A stretch of 64,000 bases of DNA, from NCBI GenBank assembly GCA_030324005.1, contig JARDVH010000042.1, positions 123,617,028-123,681,027 of the forward strand, given 5' to 3'. Within the stretch, counting starts at the first letter, position 1. Each line of letters begins with the position of its first letter. The position numbers and the translations under genes were made by a program. Of this stretch, positions 1 to 11,780 are shown piece after piece. This DNA is from Negaprion brevirostris (Eukaryota). The notes beneath the pieces are model-generated. The model made no database searches and was not told the DNA's origin. It was given only the letters and a program-made list of their open reading frames with translations.

Positions 1-151
1 TTAGGTTGATTGACCATGCGAAATTGCCCCTTATTGTCAGGGGGACTAGCCAGGGTATATACTTGAGGTTAGAGGAATAGAGCCGGAGTGGGATTGTGGT
101 CGGTGCAGACTTGATGGGTTGAATGGCCTCCTTCTACACTGTAGGATTCTA
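1..151 (+). mobile_element. HE1-type V-SINE, 3' portion (cut by window edge)
   Basis: ttaggttgattgaccatgcgaaattgcccc...gtgcagacttgatgggttgaatggcctccttctacactgtaggattct matches the 3' half of the full copies elsewhere in the window. Confidence 0.85.
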
Positions 152-3100
152 AATTTTTAGACACAATTACTGCAGTTAATGTCAAATGTAGTTCAGTGTA
201 CAGATTGTAGTGCAGTATTGAGTGATGTGGCATCCTGAATACTTGTGTATACGTGTACATAAGAATACAGTTCCTAGCTCTTCTTGACAAATATAACAAG
301 CACCCTGAATTTTTGAGGTATTGGGAGTTTAACGTAATCCTGATAACTAATTGGCTACCATCATAATGTCTTTTCCATTAGAATGTACTTAATGATTATT
401 GAACTAATGAAAGCAGCAGGGCGGTAGGCAAGAAAAATAAAAGTCTTTGTGGTGTATGATTTAAGCAGCAGCCATGGGCATGGAGGAGCCCTTGGGCCTG
501 GAGCAGTTGGTCAGAATTGTGAACGGTACACTGCCCTACTGCTGCTCGCCTTAAAAGAAATATTGTTCTTAAGGCTAATATAATCTTATTTTCCGGTTTC
601 GTTTCAAAATGATGTTTTTTTTTAGAGAAAACGTGTGTATTAACTGTCTGAGATACGTGCATGCAGGAAACTGACCATGTGTCATTTAGCTAATTAAAGA
701 TAGACAAAATATACTCGAACTTAGGATCTTGCATTTCAATGCTTTTTAACTAGACTGACTGTGATGAAACATTGCTTCCTATAGTAATGTGGAAGGTTAT
801 CTGCCGGTATTGATATTTTCCGCAAATTCAAAAGTATGTGTTGTTCACCACTATATTCTTGCTTAAAGCTCCCTGAAGAATCTTACTTTTCAAATCAGCA
901 TGTTAAACTTCACTGAGATGGTTTACTTTGCATTTTTTTTTTATTTTTGAATTGTTCAAAGTTTTAACTTACTTGCATCTGTTAATTTCTTGAAAAGATT
1001 CCAGGGTTAATTATCTGTAAGCTTTATTGGACTTCACTGCCTGTTGAACCATTTGACTTCTTACAGAAAAAGTTGCTACACAACAATGCTTTATCTGCTG
1101 TTCACTCATTTTTACATCTTACGAAGTCCAACCTTCAATGTGGCTTCATTTCAGCTTTTCATTCACTTGCCTTCTTCATTTCCAATTAATATTCACTTTT
1201 TTTTTGAAGTCTATTTTCCCCACTTAAGCAGTTATCTTTGATTAAATGACATTACCTGTTTCAAACTGTTAAAACATCATGTAATGGAATTTGATGAACA
1301 GAAACCGAAGTGGTTTTATTCTGTTGGAAAATAACACTGAGAAAATAAATTACTTTTCCAAATAAGGCCAAGTTTAAATGTCTTGTGGGGTGGAAACAAA
1401 GTAAGTACAAAAACACTCAAAGCAGTAGAAACGTATGCAAATTCAGTAACAGATATGAAAGCGATTCATGTTTACAGTGACCAATATCACAATGAATTTT
1501 ATTGGCAAATACATTGGCTGGAATTTTACTCTCCCATATTGGGATGGAATGGAGGTGGATGGCAAAAAAATGGCCACCAAGCACCACAGCTGGAAATCCT
1601 GTCTCAATTTCACTCTTTCCCTGTCCTTGGAAAATGGCAGGGAGTAGGCCTCTGAATTGGCTGGTTTCTGTAAACAAGGCAATTTGTATCACTGCAGGCT
1701 CACTGAGAGTCCATCCCTGGTAAGTTGTCCAATTTAGACTGAGGTGGACAAAGATCTACTGCTGTCTGGATCTGGCGTTAAGGTTGACTATAAGTCCTAT
1801 GAGTTTATACAGCAAGTGGAATCAAACCGATGTGGCAGCAAAACTGCTGTTCGCACTTTTGCACCTCCAAGATCTTCACGATGGTACTGAGTAATGAGAC
1901 TAGTCTATCCCAAGTTTCAGGTCTCTGGCTGTCCTCCGAAAGTGGGAAATTTATATTTTGAAAACTTACAATTGTCAGCCACAGTTGATTGTCAATTTGG
2001 GGCAGAAAATAGTGTGCGTCCCTGGTGTCGTGCCTCCATTTCTGCCCCTTGGCCATTAATTGGTTGGCAGACCCATCTCTAGCATCATTAAAGCCCAAAC
2101 TCCTGGAAAATCCTTCTTCCTGGAAGGCTGGCGACAGAGGCAGGTTTGTGAACTGAAACTCACCCCGCCTCCCAGTCCCTGCCTCAGAGGAAGAAATCCA
2201 GTCCCTTTGGTGGGAGGGGTGTGGGGGTTCACAGTAGCAGCAGCAGGTATATTGACTTTGCGTTTTCTGAGAATGTTTGTAAATGGAAATGCAATTTCAA
2301 GGTTTTTTTGGAAAAAAATGGAATATATTTGTGTTGTTTTCAGCCACCAGTTTCAGGAGCTCAGTGGTAATAAATGGTGAAGTGGCTTCCATTGGCCTAC
2401 AGATCAAGTGATGATTTGACAAACTCAGGCTGCTGGAAGTCATGTGTTTAGGTTGTTTTTTCCCCTCCTTGTGATACTGAGTTGTAGGATGTGTGGGGCA
2501 ATTTTACTAGCAGGAGGCAAAACTGCAGAAGTACCAAGCTTTTTTTTTGAGCATGGCTTTGTATTATAAATGAGATCTGAATCAGTTTTGGCCTGAAGTA
2601 AACCACTGCAGGGACCAGGTCTGTACTGGGACCAATTTGAAGGCACAAAAGTGCAAACAGCAGATTTGCTGCCACATCAGTTTGATTCCACTTGCCGTAT
2701 AAAATTGCATACTGTTTCACAAAAGGGGGGGAGAAGTCAAGGTTTATTTTCTGAACAGTTGTTTCATATTGGGACAGCTTTGAGTCAGAAATGTAAACTT
2801 AGCAATTCGATCAAAGTGTGAATTGAATAATGGGACTTAGTTAAAGTAGGAGGTCTCAATGAAAGAAGATATAAATACAATAATGAATTTATACTGCTCA
2901 AATCTGATCCAGACAGTTGCAATCCAGCAGCTGGCAGAAATGTGAACAATTCTAGTCCCTAAGTTAATATCAGCATAAAGGTAACCCATCTTTAGGGAAG
3001 ATTTCACAACAAGACCAATTCAGAAACATAACTAAAGGACAAATTTCACTCGCTGGAAAACTAATTTGTTTTGACAAGGTTCTTTTTTTCTGATCTCAAC

Positions 3101-3351
3101 AATTCATTGTAAATGACTGGTAGATTTTCTTTCAAGTTTGATAATTATGGAAGTGAGAATATAAAAACCCATGATTGACAAAACAGAAACCCGAGAATTT
3201 TGTGAGTGTATCCAATGATCATCTTGTAGGCAAATACAAAAGTATTAATTTGGCATGATCCTATCTAAATGAAACTAGGTGTGGATTTAAAAAATAAATT
3301 CTGGTGAACTTAGCTGTGAAACTTACTCATTTATTTTTGTGTTTGTTTCAG

Positions 3352-3441
3352 CTTAACAAAATGAGGGATTTGTATGAGAAGATAAATGAACAATGTGAGG
3401 CTTACAAAGAGTTAATCTGGTCACAAAATGAAAATCATGAG
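3352..3441 (+). CDS. CCDC171: CCDC171 internal coding exon (window exon 1), LNKMRDLYEKINEQCEAYKELIWSQNENHE
   Basis: Acceptor ttatttttgtgtttgtttcag, donor GAG|gtagga, 90 nt, phase 0-0, open frame, coiled-coil composition, joins next exon in frame. Confidence 0.8.
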
Positions 3442-4104
3442 GTAGGAGTTTAATTGATCTGCTAAATAGCTGTTTAGTATTTAAAATAAATGTATTTTAT
3501 TTAATTGTTGAGCCTATCCCTAAGGATGGGATTCTTCAATTTCATCTGTACTCTCCCTACTGCCACAGAGAATTTGGCACTTATCTGAAACTCCATCGAC
3601 TGCAGCTGCACTGAAGAATCCCAGCTACCGATAAGTTCGGAGGTTTTTGGCATCTGTGTCTAGCCAGCTACCTTTATTTAGAAAGTATGATTTCTGTTTT
3701 GCAAAATATTTGCATATTACCAATGTTATCTTTAAACAATTATGCTTCATTTCATTTTGCATGTGGTTTTGGAGGTGAGTTTCTACGTGATAAATATGCA
3801 TCAGTTTATTTCCCTTCAGCTGCAATGGCAACTTTGATCTTGTGTAAGCAGAAAGTCAGATGTATTTGGGAATACAGCCAGCACTGCAGTCTCTGATGAT
3901 AGCTATGGATGCATCCTCGACAGGTTCACAATTAAGGTGCTGAGTACCAACAGATTCCACAGGGACACAAACAAGATTGTGCTTCAACTGGTGCAATTCA
4001 CACTATTAACCTTAAAAGTTTTGATCCCAGACCAATAAGTAATTCTTTGTCTTGGGATGAATTGTACCGAAGACTTCACCAAAAAGTCATGGACTTGATC
4101 AAAT

Positions 4105-4360
4105 TGCTAATAAAAACAGCAAGAGCTGGAAACACTCAGCAATCCTGGCAGTATCTGCGGAGAGAGTTAATGTTTCAAGTCAAATGTGACTCTTCAGAAT
4201 TGAAGGAAGGTAGAAATGTGATGGGTTTGACATGGTGGAAGGGGAAGGAAGAAGGGATCGGGTGGAGAGCAGCAGCAATTAAGTTACAAAGATGTCCTGG
4301 AATAAAAGACAAAGAGAGTGGTAATAATTATTGTAAAGAAACAAGAAAGGATTGGTTAGT
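4105..4360 (-). mobile_element. Penelope-like element 3' terminus (family B) with degenerate hammerhead
   Basis: gctggaaacactcagcaatcctggcagtatctgcggagagagttaatgtttcaagtc...tcttcagaa; reverse strand reads CTGAAGA-gtca/tgac-GAAACATTAAC; related to 29994-30117 and 34092-34208. Confidence 0.6.
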
Positions 4361-5175
4361 TTAGATGGCTAGCACTCGATTCAGATTACCACCTACAACC
4401 GGTCTCTTGATTCCAATCCAATAGGCTCTTTGACTTGGCTCTTAATGGAGAATAATTATAATTAATTTTGGGCTAACCCCTCTTTGTAGACACTCAACTG
4501 TCTTGCATAATTTTTGTAGCTAAATTTTAGGATAAATGTTGAAAGATTTTATATTTTTTGTAGTTTTGTGTCCTTTTATCATGCAATTCTCAAAATATTG
4601 TGGGTTATTTAAAGCATCCAGCATTTCTAGGATGATTGCCAGATCCATCAGAAATCATTTTGCAGCCATATATAATTTTTCATAGATCTTGTTTCACGGT
4701 GAGATTTCATTTTCAAGCGGCATTAAAAGCAGCTTGGGATTCCAAATCCTCTTATCTGCTTCCAGCTTTACCAAGGGCGTGCATTCTTTTCTTTGAGTTA
4801 CTTACATGCCCTGCATTTAGGAAAGCATTCTTGTGAACTGAAGTTAATGTCATGGAAAATGGCTTTGGTTTCTTCCAGCAGAGTTAATGAGCTGCAGGTA
4901 CTGGTAATTGAATAGCCTGTCGTTAGGTTATGTACAAAGTTTCCACTTGAGGTGGCCTCAGAATTTCATCAGCATTAAGAAATTGCCATCACTTCCCTCA
5001 ATGCTCTTCCCCCTAACATTTGAATTAGAGCACTGATTTTGTTTCCTCCATGCTAAAGGAGATTAAATGCTGGAATTGCAACATAAATTTGATAATATGT
5101 TGAAGATGTTTCATCAAGCATTTAAGGTGACAGGAGGATCTCTGATTTGAATTAATATGAATCCTTGTTCTTCAG

Positions 5176-5376
5176 AAAGTTCATGAAGACCTGACAGCTG
5201 CAAATAAAAAGATAAACAATTGGCGCAGTGAATGTTCTGAAAAAGATGCATTGATTGACACACTGAACATGGAGCTACAAAATATGAAACACAACTTTGA
5301 GAGGGAGAAAAACGTTGTTGCTGAAGCTAGAAATGAAATTCAAAAACTTGCACGATCTCATCAAAAGGATACAGAG
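5176..5376 (+). CDS. CCDC171: CCDC171 coding exon (window exon 2), KVHEDLTAANKKINNWRSECSEKDALIDTLNMELQN...IQKLARSHQKDTE
   Basis: Acceptor ccttgttcttcag, donor GAG|gtattg, 201 nt, phase 0-0; resembles recalled human ...CADREALISTLKVELQN...ELQKLSQAFHKDAE. Confidence 0.9.
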
Positions 5377-5675
5377 GTATTGTGATGAATTGCAAGTTAA
5401 TCTCTTAACTAAACATTTGTAATTGCTTTGCTATGTTCAGCACCGTTGTATGTGGCCCATGTATATGACAGCTTTCACACCATAGCTTAATTTAGGATTT
5501 CTGACAAGTACATTATACACATTCACTTATGTAATGATTAGTCTTTAGTTTTTGTTACTGTATAGGTAACTGACCTGATCTGAGGTCTCTTCATCATAAA
5601 GCACTTAATATTCACAAGAATGGATATGTGAAAATTTAAATTTTCTGATAGTTTGTGAATAGTTAAAAAAAAATT

Positions 5676-6360
5676 GGCTTGCATTTGTTGCCCAACCATA
5701 ATTACCCTTGAGAAGATGGTGGTGAGCTGTCTTCTTGAAGCACTGTAGTCTATGTGGTGTAGGTACATCCACAGTGCTATTAGGGAAGGAATTCCAGAAT
5801 ACTGACTCGGTGACAGTGAAGGATTAGTGGTGTACTTCCAAATCAGGATGGTGAGAAACTTGGGGGAGCTTCCAGGTGGTGGTGTTCTCATGTATCTGCT
5901 ACCCTTGGCCTTCTAAATGGTAGTCATGATGTGGAGATGCCAGCGTTGGACTGGAGCAAACACAGCAGAAGTCTCACAACACCAGGTTAAAGTCCAACAG
6001 GTTTATTTGGTTGCAAACACGACTAGTTTTGGGGGCTCTGCCTCTTTGTCAGGCGAGTGGGGAGTTCTGATCACAAACAGGGCATATAAAGGCACTTCAT
6101 AGCATTTGTGGGTTTTGGTGAGTTGCTGCAGTGCGACTCATAGACGCTACACATGTCTGCCACTATACTGGTGGTAGAGGGAGTACATGTTTATGGCTGG
6201 GGTGTCAATCAAGTGGCTTCTTTGTCCTGGATGGTATTGAATTTCTTGACTGTTGTTAAAGCTGCACTCATCCAGGGAAGTGGAGACTATTGCATCACGC
6301 TCCTGGCTTGCACCTTGTAGATCGTGTTGGGGAGTCAGGAGGTCAGTAACTTGCCATAAT
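5676..6360 (-). mobile_element. CR1-clade LINE (family 2) 3' end, interrupted by a Penelope terminus
   Basis: Reverse strand encodes decayed SFTV...WNSFPNSTV...FKKTAHHHLLKG C-terminus followed by the ggttgggcaacaaatgc tail; same family at 26045-27760, 50483-50748, 53060-53252. Confidence 0.75.
5928..6097 (-). mobile_element. Penelope-like terminus (family A) with CpG-decayed hammerhead
   Basis: gatgtggagatgccagcgttggactg...aagtctcacaacaccaggttaaagtccaacaggtttatttgg; homologous to 26731-26932; nested in CR1. Confidence 0.7.
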
Positions 6361-9300
6361 GCGCTGTTGATTATCACTTGATAAACTTGTTGTCATTATG
6401 TTGCAGTCATTAATATTTCATTGTGGATATCATCATGAATGTCCCCAAAGACCTGTCATAAACAAAAGAATAANNNNNNNNNNNNNNNNNNNNNNNNNNN
6501 NNNNNNNNNNNNNNNNNNNNNNNNNNNNNNNNNNNNNNNNNNNNNNNNNNNNNNNNNNNNNNNNNNNNNNNNNNNNNNNNNNNNNNNNNNNNNNNNNNNN
6601 NNNNNNNNNNNNNNNNNNNNNNNNNNNNNNNNNNNNNNNNNNNNNNNNNNNNNNNNNNNNNNNNNNNNNNNNNNNNNNNNNNNNNNNNNNNNNNNNNNNN
6701 NNNNNNNNNNNNNNNNNNNNNNNNNNNNNNNNNNNNNNNNNNNNNNNNNNNNNNNNNNNNNNNNNNNNNNNNNNNNNNNNNNNNNNNNNNNNNNNNNNNN
6801 NNNNNNNNNNNNNNNNNNNNNNNNNNNNNNNNNNNNNNNNNNNNNNNNNNNNNNNNNNNNNNNNNNNNNNNNNNNNNNNNNNNNNNNNNNNNNNNNNNNN
6901 NNNNNNNNNNNNNNNNNNNNNNNNNNNNNNNNNNNNNNNNNNNNNNNNNNNNNNNNNNNNNNNNNNNNNNNNNNNNNNNNNNNNNNNNNNNNNNNNNNNN
7001 NNNNNNNNNNNNNNNNNNNNNNNNNNNNNNNNNNNNNNNNNNNNNNNNNNNNNNNNNNNNNNNNNNNNNNNNNNNNNNNNNNNNNNNNNNNNNNNNNNNN
7101 NNNNNGTCATTCTCACTAATAAATGGGCCAACTTATTCCATCCAACATACCCCACACATCAGTGTTCATTTCTTACACTTCTCCCCTTTTTCACAGTACC
7201 TGGTTACAATTTGTGTTTTTGTTTATTTCTCCATAGATAACTGACTGGTCCTGCTGACAAAGACAACCTTATCAGGGACGCTTGGCCCCCAATAATAAAC
7301 ACTAATCAGCTAATAAGGGATAACTGCTCTTGTCTGTAATTTGCAACCCAAAAAATGGCCTGAAGTATTCTCCAATTTTATTATCTGCTACAACCCTCTC
7401 CTATTCACAACTGATTTTATAATGTATTTGTTTAGCAAATTGTCTAAGCTTAGGCATTTTTATTCCAACGTGGAAATAATCATCCTTGTGCCCCATTTGG
7501 CAATTACAATTTCACAATTTGCCATAAATTCACATCAAAGCAAAGCAAAGCCCAGTGTTGTGAAATCAGTCCCTGAAAATTTCAAGTAAAGCATCCACCA
7601 AACAGTGTTGTCCAAAGAAATGTTGCAGTATATGTGGCCTTCAGCAGTCAGTAATCTACCGCATTCATCTCTGCCTTATTCCAAATTTGATTTTAAATAT
7701 TTACAACATCATATATCTTCCCCACTAGAAATTACTGCTGAACTGTTATTGTCCATGAAACTTGCAGGATGAACGATGGCTAGCTTTAAAGGGAACATCA
7801 ATGTTTTATTTGTGAAACATAAGCAGATAATAGTCCACACACTCATTGTTTTTATCGATTTTCAGTCCGCAAGGAGGGTTGTTTACTTCCTGTGTCGGAT
7901 CAAATGAAGCTGACTAGACCATTGTTTATAACCATCAAATATTTGAGAAAAACTAGTCCAGTGATTGGTGAGCAATACTATTCAAAGATGCTTGGAGCCT
8001 CTGTGTGTGTTATTTATATCGGTCTGCTTGTTAGCTTCAGATATAAACTGTAATCAGAAAATATACTGAGATTACAGTAGTTCTGCGCATCTTTATGGAT
8101 GTCATAAAGTTACATAACATGTAAGCGAGGTCTTGGGGTAATTACAGCAAGGACGCCTCCTGAAATGTCTATTGTATTTTCATATTAAACCATGTGTAAT
8201 GTGGCATCATAAAGTTCATGAGACTATCAGAGTAGGATAGAGAAATATATGTCCATAGTTTGTATTGAATAATGGACCATTAACATCCACAAGCAACATA
8301 TTTAATAACAGAAAGTCAGAAATAACCATCACCTCATCACCATGTCTGTTCTGACAATTTTCGGTGTATGACAATTTTCCTCTTGGCACAATTGCTGTAC
8401 AAATCAGTTTAGATTTTTATTTACAAGACAACAATACACAAATTTATCCATTCAGGCCTTTTATATATAACAAACTTCTAACATTCTTCACGCATCTTAA
8501 GTTATCTGTATGGTGCTTATTATTGCAACTTAATTTCTGAAGTGAGCAAGTGTAAACTTCATCTTTCCACATGGCAGAGTTGCACCTTTCAATATTAATC
8601 TGTTCGGGTGAGACTGAATTAGTCCCGAGTTTAGTTTAGGGCTTAAGAACTGGTTTACACTCATTTGTCAAAAACCTGGCCTTGAATCCTGAGCCTCAAA
8701 GCAGTCCGAAAGCTCTTGAAACACCCTGATTTTGAGGCAATGTCTTCTTAGTCCTCAGCGCATGAACTCAAAACTGACCGAAGGTGTACAAAGTAGCTGG
8801 CAAAATTGTTTGTATCGCTGATGTGGAATAAGCTGCTTCTAATAGATGCAGCAAGATGAGGGGCCTTGAAGCTTAAATTCTTCCATATTGCTAGTAAAAG
8901 GTATTGAAAAATGGATGAAATTCGGCAACATTTTTTTATTGTGATGAGAAATGTCATGGATTGACATATTGCAAATTCTTAGAGAAACATGAGTCTGTGA
9001 AATATGTGTCTGTAAGTCCTAATAAACAATCATTTCAGCTGAGTCCTAGAAAAACTACACTTACACACGTGGACCATAATTTCTGACATCAATCCTTTGG
9101 AACAAACTGCGTAAAATAAAAAAAATGTATTGGAAGGAAAGCATTAGAAAGAGTTTCTTGCAGTTTTAAAGGAGGGACCGTATCTACTTATTGAGCTTGC
9201 ATCCTAGTTTAAAACTCACCCAAAGAACTCTTTAGCTTGGTCTACACAGGGTGAAAATTTATGCAATCCAGAGGCTGCCTGCTTAGCTGGCAACAGCTGC

Positions 9301-9437
9301 TGGATTATCCTGTGGGGTAGAAGTTGTTAAACAATTCCTTTGTGACTGGTGGAGCATGTTTCTGCTCATCTGGCTTCACTGAACTAATGGGCTTCACTCG
9401 GACCTGTTCCTACCCCCTCAATTTGCCTTATTGAATA

Positions 9438-9612
9438 AAGGTAAAGCCTCCATAGTCCCAGATAACCATAGACGATTTTAACCTGAGGATCACTACACCT
9501 TAGGTGAGCGGCAAGGCAGAAAAGGAAGGGTCTTCATGAATAACCTGAACTCACACTATTGGCATCACTCTGTATTCCAAGCCAGTCAACCAGCCAACTG
9601 GGCTAAACCAAC
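9438..9612 (-). mobile_element. tRNA-derived SINE (additional family), degenerate
   Basis: Reverse strand starts ggttagcccagttggctgg (A-box-like), followed by ...agtgtgagttca (B-box remnant), and ends atctgggactatggaggctttacct. Confidence 0.55.
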
Positions 9613-10226
9613 TAAGGCTCCCCTGTCCTCCTTCTCAGTAGGGAGAAAGCAAATCAACTTTTGCATTCACTCTCCTTCAAGTTCTCTCCTCTCTCTTACC
9701 GTCTCTCATGAGGCTGTTTCTCCTTTCCATTCCATCTGGTGCACTTTCTCTCTCCAGTACTTTTCTCCCTACCACTTTTTGGAATCACCTTCTAATCCTC
9801 TCAATATATCCTTTCAGTTACCTTCATCCCCATTAAACATTATCCTTGGTGCCTTTACTTTGCTATCTGGGAATGCTTCCACCTTTTCTGGAGTTGCCAG
9901 TTCCCTCACTGGCTCCATTCTTCCCAGGAATAGTTTTGTATATCCTTTTGTGATTTTGTTATCCTCCATAACAGAAAGCTACATCACAAATGTAACCTGA
10001 CACTCATCCAATCATGTTATTTAACTGTAAAGTCATTGCATTAACTATTCTCAACGCAATTGCAACTTTAGATGTGAAAATCACAGCTTGTTAAAATCTA
10101 TGTGGCAACGATGCAAATCAACAATCACAAGAGGATGTTGCAGCATGTTGGCAAGATGTCACAAGATGCATCTTGTTAAGTTAATTTGTTCTTCCCCTTA
10201 GACTTGCATAAATGTACTCAGGACTA

Positions 10227-10328
10227 TCACAGAATGCTATAGTGCAGAAGAGACCCTTTGGCCCGTCAAGGCTGCATCGATACACAAAAGGCCCTGACCT
10301 GCCCAACTAATCCCATTTGCCAGCACTT
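10227..10328 (-). mobile_element. CR1/HER1-like LINE 3' tail
   Basis: Reverse strand aagtgctggcaaatgggattag...gggccaaagggtctcttctgcactatagcattctgtgat; tail of the type shared with HE1. Confidence 0.65.
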
Positions 10329-10663
10329 AGAAATCATAGAAACCCAACACTACAAAAAGAGACCATTTGGCCCATCGAGTCTGCACCGACCACAATCCCA
10401 CCCAGACCCTAACCCCATATCCCTACATATTTTACTCACTAATCCCTTTAACCTACGCATTTCAGGACACTAAGGGGCGATTTTAGCATGGTCAATCAAC
10501 CCAATCCGCACATCTTTGGACTGTGGGAGGAAACTGAAGCACCTGGAGAAAACGCATGCAGACACAAAGGGAATGTGCAAAATCCATACAGACAGTGACC
10601 CAAGCTGGGAATCGAATCCAGGTCCTTGGAGCTGTGAAGCAGCAGTGCTAACCACTGTGCTAC
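10329..10663 (-). mobile_element. HE1-type V-SINE, near full length
   Basis: tRNA head (gtagcacagtggttagcactgctgc A-box; ggattcgattccc B-box), central V-domain (gggtcactgtctgtatggattttgcac), CR1-like tail. Confidence 0.9.
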
Positions 10664-10664
10664 A

Positions 10665-11780
10665 TGTTGTGCCTTTGTTTAAGAAGGTCTGCAGGGAAAA
10701 GCCTGGGAACTACAGATCAGTGAGCCTAATGTCTATAGTGGGTAAGTTGTTAGGAGGTATTCTGAGAGATAGAATCTATAAGCATTTAGAGAGGCACAGA
10801 CTGATTAGGGACAGTCAGCATGGCTTTGTGAGTGAAAAATCATGTCTCATGAATTTGAGTTTTTTGAAGGGGGAACCAAGAAGATAGATAGGGCAATGCA
10901 ATTGACATTGTTTACATGGAATTTAACAAGGCCTTTGATAAGGTACCGCATGGTAGGTTGTTGCATACGATTAAATCCCACATGATCCAGAGTGAGGAAG
11001 ACTATTGAATACAAAATTGATTTGACAACAGAAGCCAGAGGGTGGTCGTAGAGGGTTGTTTTTCAAACTGGAGACCTGAGACCAGTGGTGTGCCTCAGGG
11101 ATCAGTTGTTACTTAACCTCCCATCCAAATCATTAATATAAGAGACATGTTTGTAAGTTTGCAGGTGACACCAAGATTGGTGGCTTGGTGGACAGTGAAG
11201 AAGATTATGTAGGATTACCAAGGAATCTTGATCAATTGGGCCAGTGGGCCGATGAATGGCAGGTGGAGGTTAATTTAGATAAATGCAAGGTGATGCATTT
11301 GGTAGATCGAATCGGAGCAGGACCGACTCAGTTAATGGTAGGGCATTAGGAGAGTTAAAGAACAAAGGTTTAGGAGTACAGGTTCATAACTCCTTGGAAG
11401 TGGAGTCACATGTGGATAGAGTGGTGAAGAAGGCATTCAACGTGCTTAATTTCATTGGTCAGAAACATTGAGTACAGGAGTTGGGACGTCTTACTGAAGT
11501 TGTACAAGACATTAGCAAGGTCACACGTGGAATATTATGTACCCTATTATAGAAAGGATATTATTAAACTAGAAAGAGTGCAAAAATGATTTACTAGAAT
11601 GCTACTGGGACTTGATGGTTTGAATTATAAAGAGAGGCTGGATAGACTGGGATGTTTTCCCTGGAGCGTAGGAGGCTGAGGAGGCTACTTATAGAGGCCT
11701 ATAAAATAATGAGGGGCACACACAAGGTAGCTAGTCAAAAACCTTTCCCAAAAGTAGGGGAGTCAAAACTAGAGGGACAT
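10665..11780 (+). mobile_element. CR1/HER1-like LINE ORF2 (reverse transcriptase) fossil
   Basis: Decayed translation VVPLFKK...PGNYRSVSL...DSQHGFV...DF.KAFDKVPH...SGVPQGS...KFAGDTKIGG...FSLERRRLR, with frameshifts and stops. Confidence 0.92.

Noticed and set aside
755-880. GTGATGA ... CTGA resembling a C/D box snoRNA
   Set aside because: No terminal stem, no recognisable guide, and the motifs are frequent by chance
6398-7240. Long ORFs of 150-280 aa here and near 19730-20356, plus shorter ones near 22000, 47135-47673 and 62834-63455
   Set aside because: They only span runs of N (assembly gaps) or SINE sequence
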